Source of the DNA: Microthyrium microscopicum
Taxonomy: Eukaryota
Assembly (NCBI GenBank): GCA_010405405.1
Contig: MU004244.1
Location: 685,895 to 749,894 of the forward strand
Direction: 5' to 3'
Length of the DNA: 64,000 nucleotides
Part shown: piece by piece, positions 12,617 through 24,927 of the stretch
Layout of the letters: each line of letters begins with the position of its first letter
How positions within the stretch are numbered: position 1 is the first letter of the stretch
The notes under the pieces: generated by a model
The model's input: only the letters and a program-made list of their open reading frames with translations
Database searches by the model: none
Told to the model about the DNA's origin: nothing
Translations under genes and position numbers: made by a program

Positions 12617-13468
12617 TCACATCTCCTCTTTGAACAATGATCTCCTCGTCGGACTCGCATGAATACCAGGTCCGCTTCCGCCAGCTACACTCGTGTCGAT
12701 CACCGGCCGTGGACTAACAGGTCTCATTCCGGCCTCTGCATGCTCATCGCCAAACGGATTCAAGCCTCGCGTTTGCCCTGCCTGCGCATGTTCATCGCCA
12801 AATGGGTTCTCCACCGGCATTCCACCCCTTGAAGTTCCGGCATATTCGCTGCCTCCATGATACGCTGTCGAATGCAGCTCCGTATCTCCATAGAACATAT
12901 CTGCCTCTCCGCCAACCCGTGAATCCCATGCCTCATCTGGATCAAGCGCTCTACCCGCTCCACGCGTGTTGCCCGCGCGACCGGCAGATATGCCTTCAAA
13001 ACCGGCTCCTTGTGAGCGTTCGCGCGGGTTGCGCATTTTGTACCATAGTGAGGAGAGGCCTGCGCGGGCGCCGTCTAGAGATGGGCCAGGCGCGGAACCA
13101 AAGGCGCGGCGTTGGGCGGCACGGCGCCGGAAAAAGAAGAGGCCTGCGGCGAGAGTGAGGCCGAGGACGGCAGCGACGATTATAGCGATCCAGAGACCGG
13201 AGAGGCCAGAACTATGAGGTTCAGGGACGGCGGATGGACTGGCGGTCGCAGTGCTGGAGGTTGAGCTGGAGGATGAGGAGCTTGATGTTGATACGGGAGA
13301 TGTTGTCGCAGTGGCGTTGGCGGATGTGGTGCTTGCGGTATCTGTGGTGCCAGTAGTGCCCGTTGTGCTGGTAGTACCAGTTGTGGCAGTTGTTGTCGGG
13401 GTTGCCGCCGTTGTTTCAGTAGCTTGACGTGCAATGAGATCCGAGAGAGGAAATGGGTTGGGTGTCAT
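12617..13468 (-). CDS. Single-pass membrane protein with Ser/Thr-rich ectodomain and NPFxD motifs
   Basis: Thr/Ser-rich N-terminus, TM helix (LWIAIIVAAVLGLTLAAGLFFF) followed by RRR, cytosolic LDPDEAWDSRV and two NPFGDEHA copies. Confidence 0.8.
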   Translation of the reverse strand: MTPNPFPLSDLIARQATETTAATPTTTATTGTTSTTGTTGTTDTASTTSANATATTSPVSTSSSSSSSSTSSTATASPSAVPEPHSSGLSGLWIAIIVAAVLGLTLAAGLFFFRRRAAQRRAFGSAPGPSLDGARAGLSSLWYKMRNPRERSQGAGFEGISAGRAGNTRGAGRALDPDEAWDSRVGGEADMFYGDTELHSTAYHGGSEYAGTSRGGMPVENPFGDEHAQAGQTRGLNPFGDEHAEAGMRPVSPRPVIDTSVAGGSGPGIHASPTRRSLFKEEM

Positions 13469-13967
13469 CTTGTCGTTGCTTCCTGGCTTACTCCGTGGAG
13501 CTGGATTGGCCGGTATAAATGTTGGGGACTCAGTAGCGGATGGTGATAAAAGAGGCTCATAAAGAGGCCATGGAATTCAAGAAAGCAATTTACAGGTGTC
13601 GAAGGCTGGAGCATAGACCTGGCGAAAAGTGAAGTGTAGAGTCTTAGAGTAGTAAGATGGAGGTTGCAGGAGCAGGACTTAGCGGCACAGGCTCTCTTGA
13701 ATCTAGGATAGAGTGGATATTTGCTATGTCATACAATACCTGCACCTGCAGTCTTGGCAATTCTTACTCATCCACAAGATGCTCCCAAAGCTCAAGCTCA
13801 CAAGCTCAAATTCAACATCAAGCTCTCTCCTTTCAATCTTCAATCATCCCTCCACATTTCAATCAGTTCAAAGCGCAACTTATCTAATATTGAAACAAAC
13901 AAACGCATTCGCCAATCGCGTAATGTTCCAACCACTATCCCCTCTCCCTTCATAGCAGTCACAATTA

Positions 13968-15290
13968 ATGCTATTGACGAAGCGTTGGCGACCATTGCAG
14001 TCACCAAACTCACCAACATGCTCACATCTCCTGCTTCAAAGTCGCAACAAATCCAACTTGCCTCCCAAATCATATTCGCAGGTACCAATTCTTAATGAAT
14101 GGTCAGCTGTCTGGCAAGCCGGAAAGACTTCTGGACTCGGCGATGGCGTAACTCCACTCGAAATCAACCAATTCGATCGCGTTGGTACTCCAAGCCCTTT
14201 GGATCGTCTCCCTAAATACCGCGAACACGTTCAGCGGCCCCGCTGGACCGAACAGACACCAGAATATAAGAAGCAATGGACCGACAAGTTTCCTCTGCTT
14301 GCTGGTAAGGTTCTACCAAAGAATGTGTTGATCCTGCGCGGACTCAACAAGAATCTTATCGAGGCTGATTTCTTACGCATTACATTATGGAAAGGTCAAA
14401 TATCTCCAATTGTCAGAGGTACATCTTCATCTCCAGCTGATCAGACATGGGCTAATATATACACAGTATTTCCGCTTCGCAAGCCCGGAACGATGGAGAA
14501 GCTCGACCAATACATGGTCATATTTCGTCATGAAGACCATCTCAATGCATGGAGACGAAGATTAGAGCACTTGTGTAAGATGTCTAGGCGTTATACCATT
14601 TCATCGCTTCTCCATCCTGTTATTGCACCTCAAGAAGGTTTCAAACTTCATGGCGTTGAAATTGATCAGGTCGTCAAGGCATTTGCTCTGGCTCCTGCTG
14701 GTGTGATTGTCCGGACCAATAATTATCCCACGTTAGCTCCTGGAGAAAACCATATCGTCCAACAAGGAGGATACACCGAACTGGTAGATCGTACAGGGGC
14801 TCGGAAGCCATCAGTTGTAGTTCGAATTGTAGGGGCTCCCTCGGTGAAGCTTACCGACCTGCTCCAGGCGATTATGTACGATGGCAATCTTCGTAACATG
14901 CCCTGGGATGTGGTATTGGATACAGAGGGACGACAGACAGCGTCGTTTGCGATTGATGATGAATCAGAAAATATGTCAAAAGAGCAATCGGTCGAACGTG
15001 TCAAACTTGCCAAGGATGAAAAGCTACCCGCTGCGGCTGGAGTTCAAGATGATTCGGTAATGGCATCAACTGACATGGATGAGTTGTACAAATTACACGA
15101 GGGTGTACGATTCGTTGTATATTTTCACTCTGAGCATATAGCTCAACAATTTGCGAGAGCATGGCATTGTAGACCGTTGCCTCTTCCACCAAAACCGGAC
15201 AAAAGATACAAGTTCTCACAACCGCTCTATGAACTCATTGACGGCGGCAAAAGCCTTCAGACCAAAGTTTATGCGGAAGTACTCTGGTAA
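13968..15290 (+). CDS. Hypothetical protein, possibly mitochondrial; one likely 48-nt in-frame intron (about 14419-14466)
   Basis: 440-codon ORF; Arg/Ser/Leu-rich N-terminus without acidic residues; GTACAT...GCTAAT...ACAG intron signature inside the ORF. Confidence 0.65.
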   Translation: MLLTKRWRPLQSPNSPTCSHLLLQSRNKSNLPPKSYSQVPILNEWSAVWQAGKTSGLGDGVTPLEINQFDRVGTPSPLDRLPKYREHVQRPRWTEQTPEYKKQWTDKFPLLAGKVLPKNVLILRGLNKNLIEADFLRITLWKGQISPIVRGTSSSPADQTWANIYTVFPLRKPGTMEKLDQYMVIFRHEDHLNAWRRRLEHLCKMSRRYTISSLLHPVIAPQEGFKLHGVEIDQVVKAFALAPAGVIVRTNNYPTLAPGENHIVQQGGYTELVDRTGARKPSVVVRIVGAPSVKLTDLLQAIMYDGNLRNMPWDVVLDTEGRQTASFAIDDESENMSKEQSVERVKLAKDEKLPAAAGVQDDSVMASTDMDELYKLHEGVRFVVYFHSEHIAQQFARAWHCRPLPLPPKPDKRYKFSQPLYELIDGGKSLQTKVYAEVLW

Positions 15291-15345
15291 ATTTGGCGGC
15301 ATAGCAGCACTCTGCTCAATAATGTTTATATATGAATACGAAATT

Positions 15346-16314
15346 CTATGCATCCATCTCCCATTGGTATTCCAACTGCTTACGGTCTTTCACCTTGTTG
15401 CGAGCCGCAAACCATTTCTTCTCAAACCCATTTCCTCTATCCACACCATCCCACCGTGAACCAGGCCGTATTCCATATCTGTTCGGATCGAATGCACCTT
15501 GATATGTCGGTTTACTCGGCCCCCTCCTAGTGCTTGCCCCACTCGTTGGTTTCGGCGGTGCCTTCGTCAAGAATCCAGCAGCAGGATCGTTCCACCGCTG
15601 AACCTCTTTGAGCTCTTCATTCATCTGCTCATCATCCGCCGTCCGCGCGACAGTCAGATATTTCGCTTCATCTAACTCCTGTTTCCGCGCTTCTCGCATA
15701 GCCAGCTGCACATCACCCTTGGCCTGATCAGCCTCCTCCTTCTTCTTCCGCTCCTCCTCCTCTGCCTTGCGCCGTGCCTCTGCACGCTTCATCGCCACGT
15801 TGATTACACGTCCACTCGCATCTCTGTATATCGTTTCCTGTGCCGCCGTTCCACCTTCTGCAAGCTCGCGCTCAATCCTCCGCTTTTCTGAACGGCGCTT
15901 CTTCTCCGCCGCAGCCTGAACTTCGTGCGCAAGTTGTAGCCCTCCGACCTTTTCTGGCTCTTCCTCTTCATCAACTACGGCAGGCGCATCATCTTCTGCG
16001 TTGCCCATTGCTTCATTATCTGCAGCCGCTTGACGGATGATGGCATCGGCATCGGCCTGTTCTGCATCTGTGGGCGCGCTTATCGTAGCCCACGCCGAGT
16101 TCTTCTTTTTGCGGAAATCTGCCGTCTGCCCACTGGTGAGGACTGGAGGTCTCCGGCGGTCATCGTCTTTGGTCTTGCTGTTGTCCCAGCCGGTGACATT
16201 GTCGTCGGCGATGACGAGACCGGCGGTGGAGGCATCCTTGCGCTTTCGCTTCTTGGATTTTTTGGGAGTATCGGCGGAGAGGTAGTTTTTGGCGAGGTAG
16301 TCGGCTAAAGACAT
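15346..16314 (-). CDS. BUD13: Pre-mRNA splicing factor Cwc26/Bud13 (RES complex)
   Basis: MSLADYLAKNYL start, ETIYRDASGR, RWNDPA and NRYGIRPGSRWDGVDRGNGFE signatures. Confidence 0.95.
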   Translation of the reverse strand: MSLADYLAKNYLSADTPKKSKKRKRKDASTAGLVIADDNVTGWDNSKTKDDDRRRPPVLTSGQTADFRKKKNSAWATISAPTDAEQADADAIIRQAAADNEAMGNAEDDAPAVVDEEEEPEKVGGLQLAHEVQAAAEKKRRSEKRRIERELAEGGTAAQETIYRDASGRVINVAMKRAEARRKAEEEERKKKEEADQAKGDVQLAMREARKQELDEAKYLTVARTADDEQMNEELKEVQRWNDPAAGFLTKAPPKPTSGASTRRGPSKPTYQGAFDPNRYGIRPGSRWDGVDRGNGFEKKWFAARNKVKDRKQLEYQWEMDA

Positions 16315-18166
16315 GATGTGTGGTGGTGGTTCATGGATTAAATAATAATGCCAAGTGAGGTCAAAAGTACGGATGCTAGGAGATCAAAAAGGCAGGCGCG
16401 CTAGGCGTCCAACCACGTGCGGCGCGCCACATCACACTGTCTCCTTGTTGTGGCGCATGGCTCCTTAAGCAGCATCCTATATATTTGTCCCCATCGTGCT
16501 TGTTATAAATTATATCATCCAGAGAATGTTGTACTCTGCTCCACTTCAATTTTCAAATTCGCCAAAGAGCTTACAAACTGGCAGCCAGTAAACAACAGCC
16601 TCCGAGAATTGGTCAGTGCAAGACTACGATCAAATCTAACACTCTGAAAGACCATTTGGTCTTTTCATGATCAAATTATAAAACATCATATCTCCCATCG
16701 CTTTCGATGGCATCCATAGCACTCGCTCAGAGACGCATCTTATGATAGCAATCAGTTACAATAGAACATACGATTGGTTTAATAGGACGGTGTCAGGAAA
16801 TCTATTTGATAATGGGAAATATACCTGCTTTTCAGACTCCCATGATTATGTAGATTTCAAAGGTGTGATAATGATTTGGTAGACAAAAATGACATGGGGA
16901 GGTGCATACTATTTTCAAAAATGAGCAAATTAACATAGGTGGATCATATAAGTTGAGAATATACCCGGCGTTCTAGCTCATTGAACATATATGATCCGAG
17001 ACATATAGCATCGAAGACGTGGATTCAAATATGCCAGAAAGCCATAGATTACTCCGGCAGACCTCTCGGGAAGACTTCAACCCCTCTTAGTTCTCGATCC
17101 TCACAACCCAATCGATCGGGTCAATGGATCAAAAACCTTGAAGACCATGTGCCGACCCAGAGGCCTCCTTTGGGTATCTGTGCCATAGCTTGCACACTAT
17201 ACGAACAACCCCTGTCGTCCCGAGAAATGAAGGATCGACCTTGCGCAATTCGCGTGGTAACTCCAGGAGCCTGGCTGATCCATGCTGGACATTTGACCGT
17301 CAACTCCACAGAGTCAACGCTACGACCTTTATTATTGATACTATCTCGCCATCGCCCAATTGTCCAACAATCGCGCATTTCCCACATAATTCAACTTTCG
17401 TACGAAGTTCTAAATATACTCCTTTACTTCTGGTACAGAACAAGGGTTTTCATTTCAGGACCAGGAAGGCAGTAACCGAGCCCTACAATACGGGTGAAGA
17501 AGAGCTTTTACGTCTAGGGAGGGAACGGAATGCCGTTGTTATGGCGCCGGGACGATCTTCTTACTCAATTGATGCACGTCATGTAATTAGTCTAGTCCTG
17601 CATATCGCCGCAATACACCATACTATCAAATTTCATTATGGTTCTGTCACTAGTGGAAACTGACCCACAATTCATAGGTATGAATAATCACTACCTAGCT
17701 AGGCTTTTTTCGCGCACACTACAGGCATCTCACAAACGAGCGAAGCATGTCAAGAAATCGGTGGTTTATTGATTTTGATATATACATAGTTGCCGAGGTA
17801 GCGACTGTGCTCGTTGTGAGTTGTTGATGTTGTACAATGCGGGGAGTACTCCACATCGGAGTACTTTTGCCGAAATGATCTGAGAGCCGTTAAGACGTTG
17901 ATGCTAAGTGGAAGATTTAGATGTTTTAACTAAACAATGGTGAGGCCTTCACTCTGTGGATGAAGAGGCTCAAACATGGCCACATATAACGCCATATATG
18001 TACCTAACAGCGGCAGAGTGTACAAGGGGCCATATCGAGTCTTTAGACTTCATGTATGCACCAAATATCGCCTGTCGTAACTGAGGTTTTTTGGCATAAA
18101 TCGAGTTCTCGATACGTAAAATAAGTCGGGATGTCGTAAAAGTTAGTTCCCAGCATTCAAGAGTCG

Positions 18167-19486
18167 TTAAGGCTTGCCGGTTCGTGTCTGTTGGACCCAG
18201 TCCTTGGCCTCGCGTTTCCGTCTCCGCTCTTCATCTGAGACTCGGTCTAATACATCCTTGGCGTCTGTGTAGACGGCGATGGTCTCTACGCGTGATGTGG
18301 TTGCGTTTCCTAAATCGCTTTTGAGGCCGCCATGCAACTCTACGTCGCTGCTTCCCGCCGATGCGGTCTCGAAGTTGTAGTTATATCCATCCGGAGGTTC
18401 GCCCCTGCGTGACCGGTGCTCGAGTTTTGAGAATTTGATCGACTCTGCGTAATCGTTCGGCGGGGGTTGGATGGGTAAAAAATTCGCCGAATGTCGTTTT
18501 TTGGCGGTGACTACATGGCCTGCTTTGCGGAGAAGAGGACGTAATGCGGGAAGAGAAACGACCATGATGCCAGTGCTGATTTCGGCGACGGACCAGACAT
18601 CTATCACATGTCAGCATGTGCTGTTTAGAAGGTCTTAAAAAACTTACAAAGAGGTAGGAATGAGTGTTGCTTAACAGTGACAAATCTGAATACACTGACG
18701 ATCATGGTTATAACACCGAGTCCGAATGTTACGCACAATCCGGCAACTTGCCGGCGATTGAGCTCGAGTTTGAGCAGTAGGGGGAAAGGTAAAAGAAGAA
18801 TGACCAGATCCGTCATCATATTCATGATCCAGTCGCCGAGAAATAGTTTGGTGTCCCAGAAGCTGCATTTGCCGTGGACATCGAAATGAACCCTTATATC
18901 GAAGCCACACCAAAATATGGCCATAAAGACTGCGCTCAAAGAGCAAAGTATAGTAAAGACAAGTGTGACTTTCAGAAGCATTCGTAAGGTTGTCATTCCA
19001 GCTGGAAACAGCTTAAAGTAGAAAGATATGATGCTAAACTTCAGCATGTAGAGGGACGTGTCGTATAAAAGGACCGTCACGATTGATAACTTTATTTTTA
19101 ATGTTAGGCCATTGTCTGGTTAGCGCGAGAATTTGGGTACTTACCTTCCGAAATTCTGGCGTTTGTTTATAATGGCCTTCCATGGCACCCATCTCATGCT
19201 CTTTTATGAGAATAAGCATCATGGCCAATAGCTCCGCTGAAGCTACCAGTAGAAAAAAGTCGGAGGCGGTTACTGAAAGTTTTTGGTAAACCAAGCGAAA
19301 CCATAATCGTATGATGACCAATGTATAAGCCTAGAACAATTAGCTTGTTGCTGTTACGTTGTGGTTGTGTTGTCGCATACACTTATTATCATGACCGAGT
19401 CGGCGATCTGATATCATTAGGCAAATTCTCAAGTCTGGATGAAATTGACTTACCATTACCGACGTCCCAGTAAGTATTTGCACCAT
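18167..19486 (-). CDS. PTH11-like (fungal rhodopsin-domain) integral membrane protein, 5 exons
   Basis: Spliced reading MVQILTGTSVM|IADSVMIIS|AYTLVIIRLWFR...; motifs SDFFLL, LKFSIISFY, TDLVILLLPFPLL, VSVFRF, WSVAEISTGIMVVSLPALRPL; four GT-AG introns with branch-point motifs. Confidence 0.85.
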
Positions 19487-21286
19487 TTTGCCGATCTCAT
19501 TGCTTTCTCAGCACTTGGTGGCTGATAGGTTTTGCACGAGTGCGCCAATGGTTATTGCGTCCTTGGACTCAGCAATGCCTCGTCAACTCCTTCGCGGCAC
19601 AGGCCGGCTTTACACCGTACATGAAGATCAAAACCACAGTAAGTGGTGGTCCAACAAATTTTGTCGCTACTCGTGTGTAACGCAGTCGATGAAGCGGGAA
19701 ATTTCGAGTTGTCGAGGATGGTTGTTGGAAATTGGAAGCGTTGGGGCAGGCCTTGGGCGTTACTTGAGAGGTCTTTGATCTAGTAACAATGCACAAACAG
19801 ATACTCGGTCCTGGGCGTTAGGCTCGCACTATCGTCCACGGGATCTTCTAGTCGAGAACCCTTAGTCCTAGTCTCTCAGACATTACTATGGCGGGAAGGT
19901 TGCTTGCGGGGTATGCGAAAACCAACATGGGTGTATTTATTACACTGATTACAATGGCAAAGGCGCTGGCAAGTGCTGTGGAGAAGTTGTCGGCTCGCGT
20001 GGACAGAGCATGTTCAAAGACCGGGCGCGGACATTTCGTTAATCTGTCTTCATGAGCGAGGGATTCGATTGGATGACTCCGGGCACTAATCCGCTTGTCC
20101 TTGTTGAAGGACGCCTGGGAGAAAACTTTAAGTACGCAGTAGTGTGATCGAGTTGACCTTTTTTAGCAATGCGGGCCGGTTTAAACGTAGGGTTACGAGA
20201 TGTTGATATTGGATGCACTGGGATTTATATTGCATACACGCCCCAATGCGGAGAGGTCAAGATTCCATGCAAAAGATATAACCGAGATGGAAAGGATACT
20301 CTTTAATCGCCTAGGCTCCAATGGAAACTCGTCAATTCTTTCTGCTATTAAACCTTGAACCAATGCCATGAAGCTGCGATATAACAGAAGAACCTTAACT
20401 TAGAAGGAAGAATGAGAGAACTTCTTTACCAATCCATGGGCTTTCAAGTAATGATCCTTCCAAAGCTGACTCCCAAGTCCATGGTTCTGGCTTGAGCGAA
20501 TGCGAGACTTTCTCCATTCCATATAGACGTAGTACCGGTATATTGATATACCTCGTCAAGTACTATAGAGTCCGGGATGCGGCGTGGTAAAGCACAAAAC
20601 ATTAGGTCCAGTGATTGCTCCATTGTGGCAGATCTGATCTTGAAAATTGAAGAAGTCAGTGCACGACTTGAGTACATGCGATATGCCTGGGATGAGAAAA
20701 CCAGCGTCCAAAGTTGTTCTGAATCCGCCGGTTCATGTATGAACTTGCGGTGGTTGAAGTTATGTTGAGATTGTCGTAAATGCAGCTAGGGCAGGTGGGT
20801 CGCGCACTTAGAGACATCCATCTCTTCTCAAGATGGTCATAGTATTGAGTAATGTCAACTTTAGGCGAGCCCTGTCTGTTTATCAAGTATCGAGCACTCA
20901 GTCTATCTATTCAGCAACAAAGTGTTCGGAAGTAACTCCGCCTACACACGCCTGATATCAAAGAATGAAGTCGCGCATCGAATGATGGACATGTTAAATA
21001 TATAGTCTGGCCTCATCAATCTCACAGGCTTCTGACCTTCGCTGCATTATAGAGTATGCTGTTCCAAGGGAATAACAGTCTATTGGCTAAGTCATGGCCA
21101 CGATGAGTGCTAGAGCATATGCACATTGTACATTGTAGGAAATGATGATAATTTGATTGTGTCAACTGAATTTACGGTGCTCAATAGCTAGATAATGAAA
21201 TATGTCCATGGTGAAAGACGCGCCTTGCTTCCATTCACTACCTAAACTTTCTCACATTTTCATACTTTGTCCAGATCCACTGCTTC

Positions 21287-24238
21287 TTAACCAGCAATCT
21301 TAGCAGCAGCTCTGAACACCGCTTCAGTCCCCTTTAGCCCAACCTTGTTCTCGATCCAGTTTTTTGCCTTGTCAACAATCAACTCCCACGTGTCCTTCTC
21401 AGCGGCCCACTTGGTTTCCAAAACTCGTATGGCGATAGCAGTTGCCAGAACATTCTTGTCGAGGTTTGTCACTTTCTTGGCGGAAGTCATGTCTGTACCG
21501 GTGGCGTGGCATAGCTGCTCATTCCAGATCCAGAAGCCCTCAAACGTTTGAAGAGCGATGAGGGATTGCAGCGATACACCAGTCTGCTTGCTTGAAGGAG
21601 TGATGTTCTTCTTACTCTCTGTTGAATCATGCACTTCCGAATCCTCGTCTTCGTCATCTTCAATAGGCGCAGATGCAGCCTCAGACATGTCAAGCGAGTA
21701 GTCTAGAGGCCGATCAGACCCAGAGTTGGTATAAGCCCCTCTGCTTGCTACAAACAAAGAATTGGGTGGTGCTGGTGGGCAAGGAGCAGCTCTACTGTGC
21801 ATGGTGGTGCCTCCAAATGTTGATTGACTTGATATCGTTCCTGGGGCTCTTACCGTGTTTTGAAGCTGCATATTCACATCACTCGGTTCCCAGTCTGTAG
21901 AGGAGCCGAATGGAGATGCTCTGGCGAGACCGGCGGCATAAGACTCAATTGAGGGAGACCCAATTTTAGGAGACTCCTTTCGAGGCCTCTGTTTACGACA
22001 TGCCATATGAATATGAACTGGCATAAGAGCTCCAGGTACTGATCTGGCCATGCACGGAATTGCTTTTCTGAAGCGGAGCGATGGGCCGGTGTTTTCCTCT
22101 TTCTCAAGACTCAGCTGGCTCTCATCGAGATCAAGGAATTCGTAGTCTTCTTCATTGAAAGACTGGCCGTTCTCTGGTTCTGAAATCTTCTTTTCGGTTG
22201 CAACAAAAGAGCAATACTTGTTCGCAATCTGGAACTGTACTCCGAGTCGAACGCATTCCTGCTTTACGATCTCTCCGAACATACTTGGATATTGTTCTTT
22301 GATCGTCGTTCCAGGTGTGGCACCACAAGTCTTTGCAGTTTGTAGCCATCCTCGTCCTTCCTCAAGCTCTTGAATAGCCTTCTTGGCGGCAAGCTGATGA
22401 ATGGTTTCTCCTGGCTCAGATAGACTAGTGACTGGGATCTCAAGTTCTAGAGGTCCCTGTGGGCAATAACCTCGGAGAACAACGGCTTTGAGGGTGCGCT
22501 GCTGGTGATCAGGTGCGATCAAGATATATGCAGTGGTTCTGTTGAAGGGAAATAGAGGTGGAAGTTGACTCGGTGCCTGGAGTATCATCGGAATATCGTA
22601 TTTTGGGATCTCGGAGGTTGACGATGAATCCATCGGTTCATCAGGATTTGAGTTTAAATCGAACAGAGAGATAATGGGCTTTGGGTCATGCTTGGTGTCT
22701 GACAGCGGAGCTTTTGTTTCTAGGCTGTTGTCAACGGGGTCAAGCATCTCAAAGTCTTCATCACTGCTGGAATCGTATTTCAGCTCGAGCGTAAAATCCC
22801 TGATCTGTGGGAAAAGACTTGCTTTCAGCATGCGGACGACTTTAGCGTCAAGTTTCTCATTCTCTCGAACTGCCTGGGAGAAACCATTCCCAGCGCGCGC
22901 AATGCCTTCAATAAGCGAGTGTGAAACGCTATTACCAACTCCAAGTGTGAACACTCTCACAGGCTCTCGGTTTATAGCGATGCGTTTGTTGAGCATATCG
23001 AAGAGAGCCTGTTGATTCCATACTTCTCCGTCTGTGACCAGGAAAACCTCAAGGTCTCGGTCAGCGAAACGGTTATTGATTGTGGCCTCAAGCGGGCAGA
23101 ATATCTCTGTGCCGCCGTAATTGGCGCTGAAACGCTTGACGTGTTTAAAGGCTTGTTCCGTAGTTTGCTGATTATAAGGTTGACTCTTCGGCCAGAGAAA
23201 GTCATGACTTGATCCAAATGAGCAGATGTTAAAGACAACACCAACTGGGAGCGATTTCAAGAATGTTTGAAGTGCATTGATCAAGGCAGCAATTCTACCT
23301 CCCGTCATAGATCCGCTGCGATCACAAACAAAGACAACTTCCGGTCTTGCCTGCTTCAGGTTGAATTTAGGCACTAGAGTTGTCATCAGCGCCCGGCTAC
23401 CTAGAATTGTAGGATGAGTCTCGAGGACTGCAGCTGGCGTTCCAAATTCTTTGGAAATGATTTGCAAAACAAAGTCCTGATCAAGCTCTGCTGATCCAAG
23501 TCCTAGCGAGGCCGATGCTTTGCTCATGGAAGGTTGCGCATCGGGAGCCGTTGAAAGTGCGCCCATAGAAACAGCGATAGGATGGGTTGGTGATCTGATT
23601 TCACGAATGAAGAATCCATCTTCCAGTTCCGTATCAACGGTGACCTCGAAACGACCTGGAGTGGTTCCAACCGCATCAGATTTGATCAACTCTCCAGGGT
23701 ATGCCCCGTATCGAGGGGAGATGATGGTTGGAATGGTGAAGCGAACACCGTCGACTTCGGCATCGTGCTTGAGTTCACCTAGATACGTGATGTCGACAAC
23801 AACCGTTGAGTCAGGTGCAATGTTGCCGATTGTGGTAGTGAAGACATCAGATGCATCAGGCAGCTGTTCAAGCAAGCCAGCCACTTCGCCCCGTTCAGCG
23901 GCAGCCTTGAACTGTTCCTTGGCTCCCTCCTTGTCCTTGACTTCTCCGGTGATGACTCGATCTCCGACCGAACACTTGAAGGCGACAACGCTAACTCCGT
24001 CAAATAGTGGGAAAGTGTAGCGCAGTTTTCTGATTCCATGAGTTTTGGATGGCACCACAAATTTCTGGGTCAATGTTGTTCTTGATGTGGTTGATAGGAT
24101 TGTTGTGTGAGTCTTGACATCAACCTGTTGAAGATAGCGTCGAAGTGGTGAGGACCAAGAGTTTGGTGGAGGCAGGCTATAGTAGCAGCCACAAATATGT
24201 TCAGTTTTAGACATTTTTGATGTATGGAAGTCTGGCAT
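21287..24238 (-). CDS. VIT + von Willebrand factor A domain protein (VWA5A-like)
   Basis: VIT region (YTFPLFDGVSV, GLLEQLPDASDVFTTTIGNI); MIDAS motif FVCDRSGSM, YGGTEI, LVTDGEV; C-terminal LIALQTFEGFW and WELIVDKAKNW. Alternative start at 24214. Confidence 0.9.
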   Translation of the reverse strand: MPDFHTSKMSKTEHICGCYYSLPPPNSWSSPLRRYLQQVDVKTHTTILSTTSRTTLTQKFVVPSKTHGIRKLRYTFPLFDGVSVVAFKCSVGDRVITGEVKDKEGAKEQFKAAAERGEVAGLLEQLPDASDVFTTTIGNIAPDSTVVVDITYLGELKHDAEVDGVRFTIPTIISPRYGAYPGELIKSDAVGTTPGRFEVTVDTELEDGFFIREIRSPTHPIAVSMGALSTAPDAQPSMSKASASLGLGSAELDQDFVLQIISKEFGTPAAVLETHPTILGSRALMTTLVPKFNLKQARPEVVFVCDRSGSMTGGRIAALINALQTFLKSLPVGVVFNICSFGSSHDFLWPKSQPYNQQTTEQAFKHVKRFSANYGGTEIFCPLEATINNRFADRDLEVFLVTDGEVWNQQALFDMLNKRIAINREPVRVFTLGVGNSVSHSLIEGIARAGNGFSQAVRENEKLDAKVVRMLKASLFPQIRDFTLELKYDSSSDEDFEMLDPVDNSLETKAPLSDTKHDPKPIISLFDLNSNPDEPMDSSSTSEIPKYDIPMILQAPSQLPPLFPFNRTTAYILIAPDHQQRTLKAVVLRGYCPQGPLELEIPVTSLSEPGETIHQLAAKKAIQELEEGRGWLQTAKTCGATPGTTIKEQYPSMFGEIVKQECVRLGVQFQIANKYCSFVATEKKISEPENGQSFNEEDYEFLDLDESQLSLEKEENTGPSLRFRKAIPCMARSVPGALMPVHIHMACRKQRPRKESPKIGSPSIESYAAGLARASPFGSSTDWEPSDVNMQLQNTVRAPGTISSQSTFGGTTMHSRAAPCPPAPPNSLFVASRGAYTNSGSDRPLDYSLDMSEAASAPIEDDEDEDSEVHDSTESKKNITPSSKQTGVSLQSLIALQTFEGFWIWNEQLCHATGTDMTSAKKVTNLDKNVLATAIAIRVLETKWAAEKDTWELIVDKAKNWIENKVGLKGTEAVFRAAAKIAG

Positions 24239-24927
24239 GGATACTCTACTAAAGAACGAGGATGATTCTCAGATTTATACCACATGCATGGACAACTTGG
24301 CATGGACGATATGATGGATTGTTGCCTATTTCATGGTTAGACCAGTTACCTGGCACGTTTTGGCCCAACACTACTAGGTAGCATCTGGATATGTTTGCTA
24401 TTTGTCTGCGGTGTCATTGTCTCTGATTAGGTAGTCTCGTCACTAAGCCGAAAATGCGAAGCCGGTGAGAATTGTTCCCTTGGCTTGCTATCAATGTTTG
24501 TAATGGCGGCAAAGGCTCCAATCGGTACAACTCAGCCACAATGACATACAGAAATTTTAAAGAAAGGTATTGGTAGTGGCAACTTAGCCGTCTCCTTCGC
24601 CCAATTGCTAGCTCCATGATCGTTACCAGTATTTAGCGTGTTGCAGGTTCACCTCCAAAGATGGGGCAGTGTTTTTTATGAGTCGTTAGAAGTGATGGTG
24701 ATAGAGCTTTGGTGGTGTTGATTTTGATTCCAGCCTGAACCTGGCAGCCTGCACGCGTCGCGCCACTGCCCAAATTGGTGGCGCCCAGCCCCTTTTCTTG
24801 GAAGGTTCAATGTTTCCAAGGTTGTTTGGTGACTCGGGCTTTCGTGGCCCCTTTTTCTTGCTCCATGGCATTTTCTTTGTGGACAATATTTTCATCTCAG
24901 CTTTATCACAATATCCCAGGCACTACT

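Noticed and set aside
16981..17663. Overlapping 157-164 aa ORFs
   Set aside because: No recognisable motif and non-ATG starts; probably spurious or too decayed to call
20444..20886. Short minus-strand ORFs between the PTH11-like and vWA genes
   Set aside because: Fragmented, with no identifiable domain
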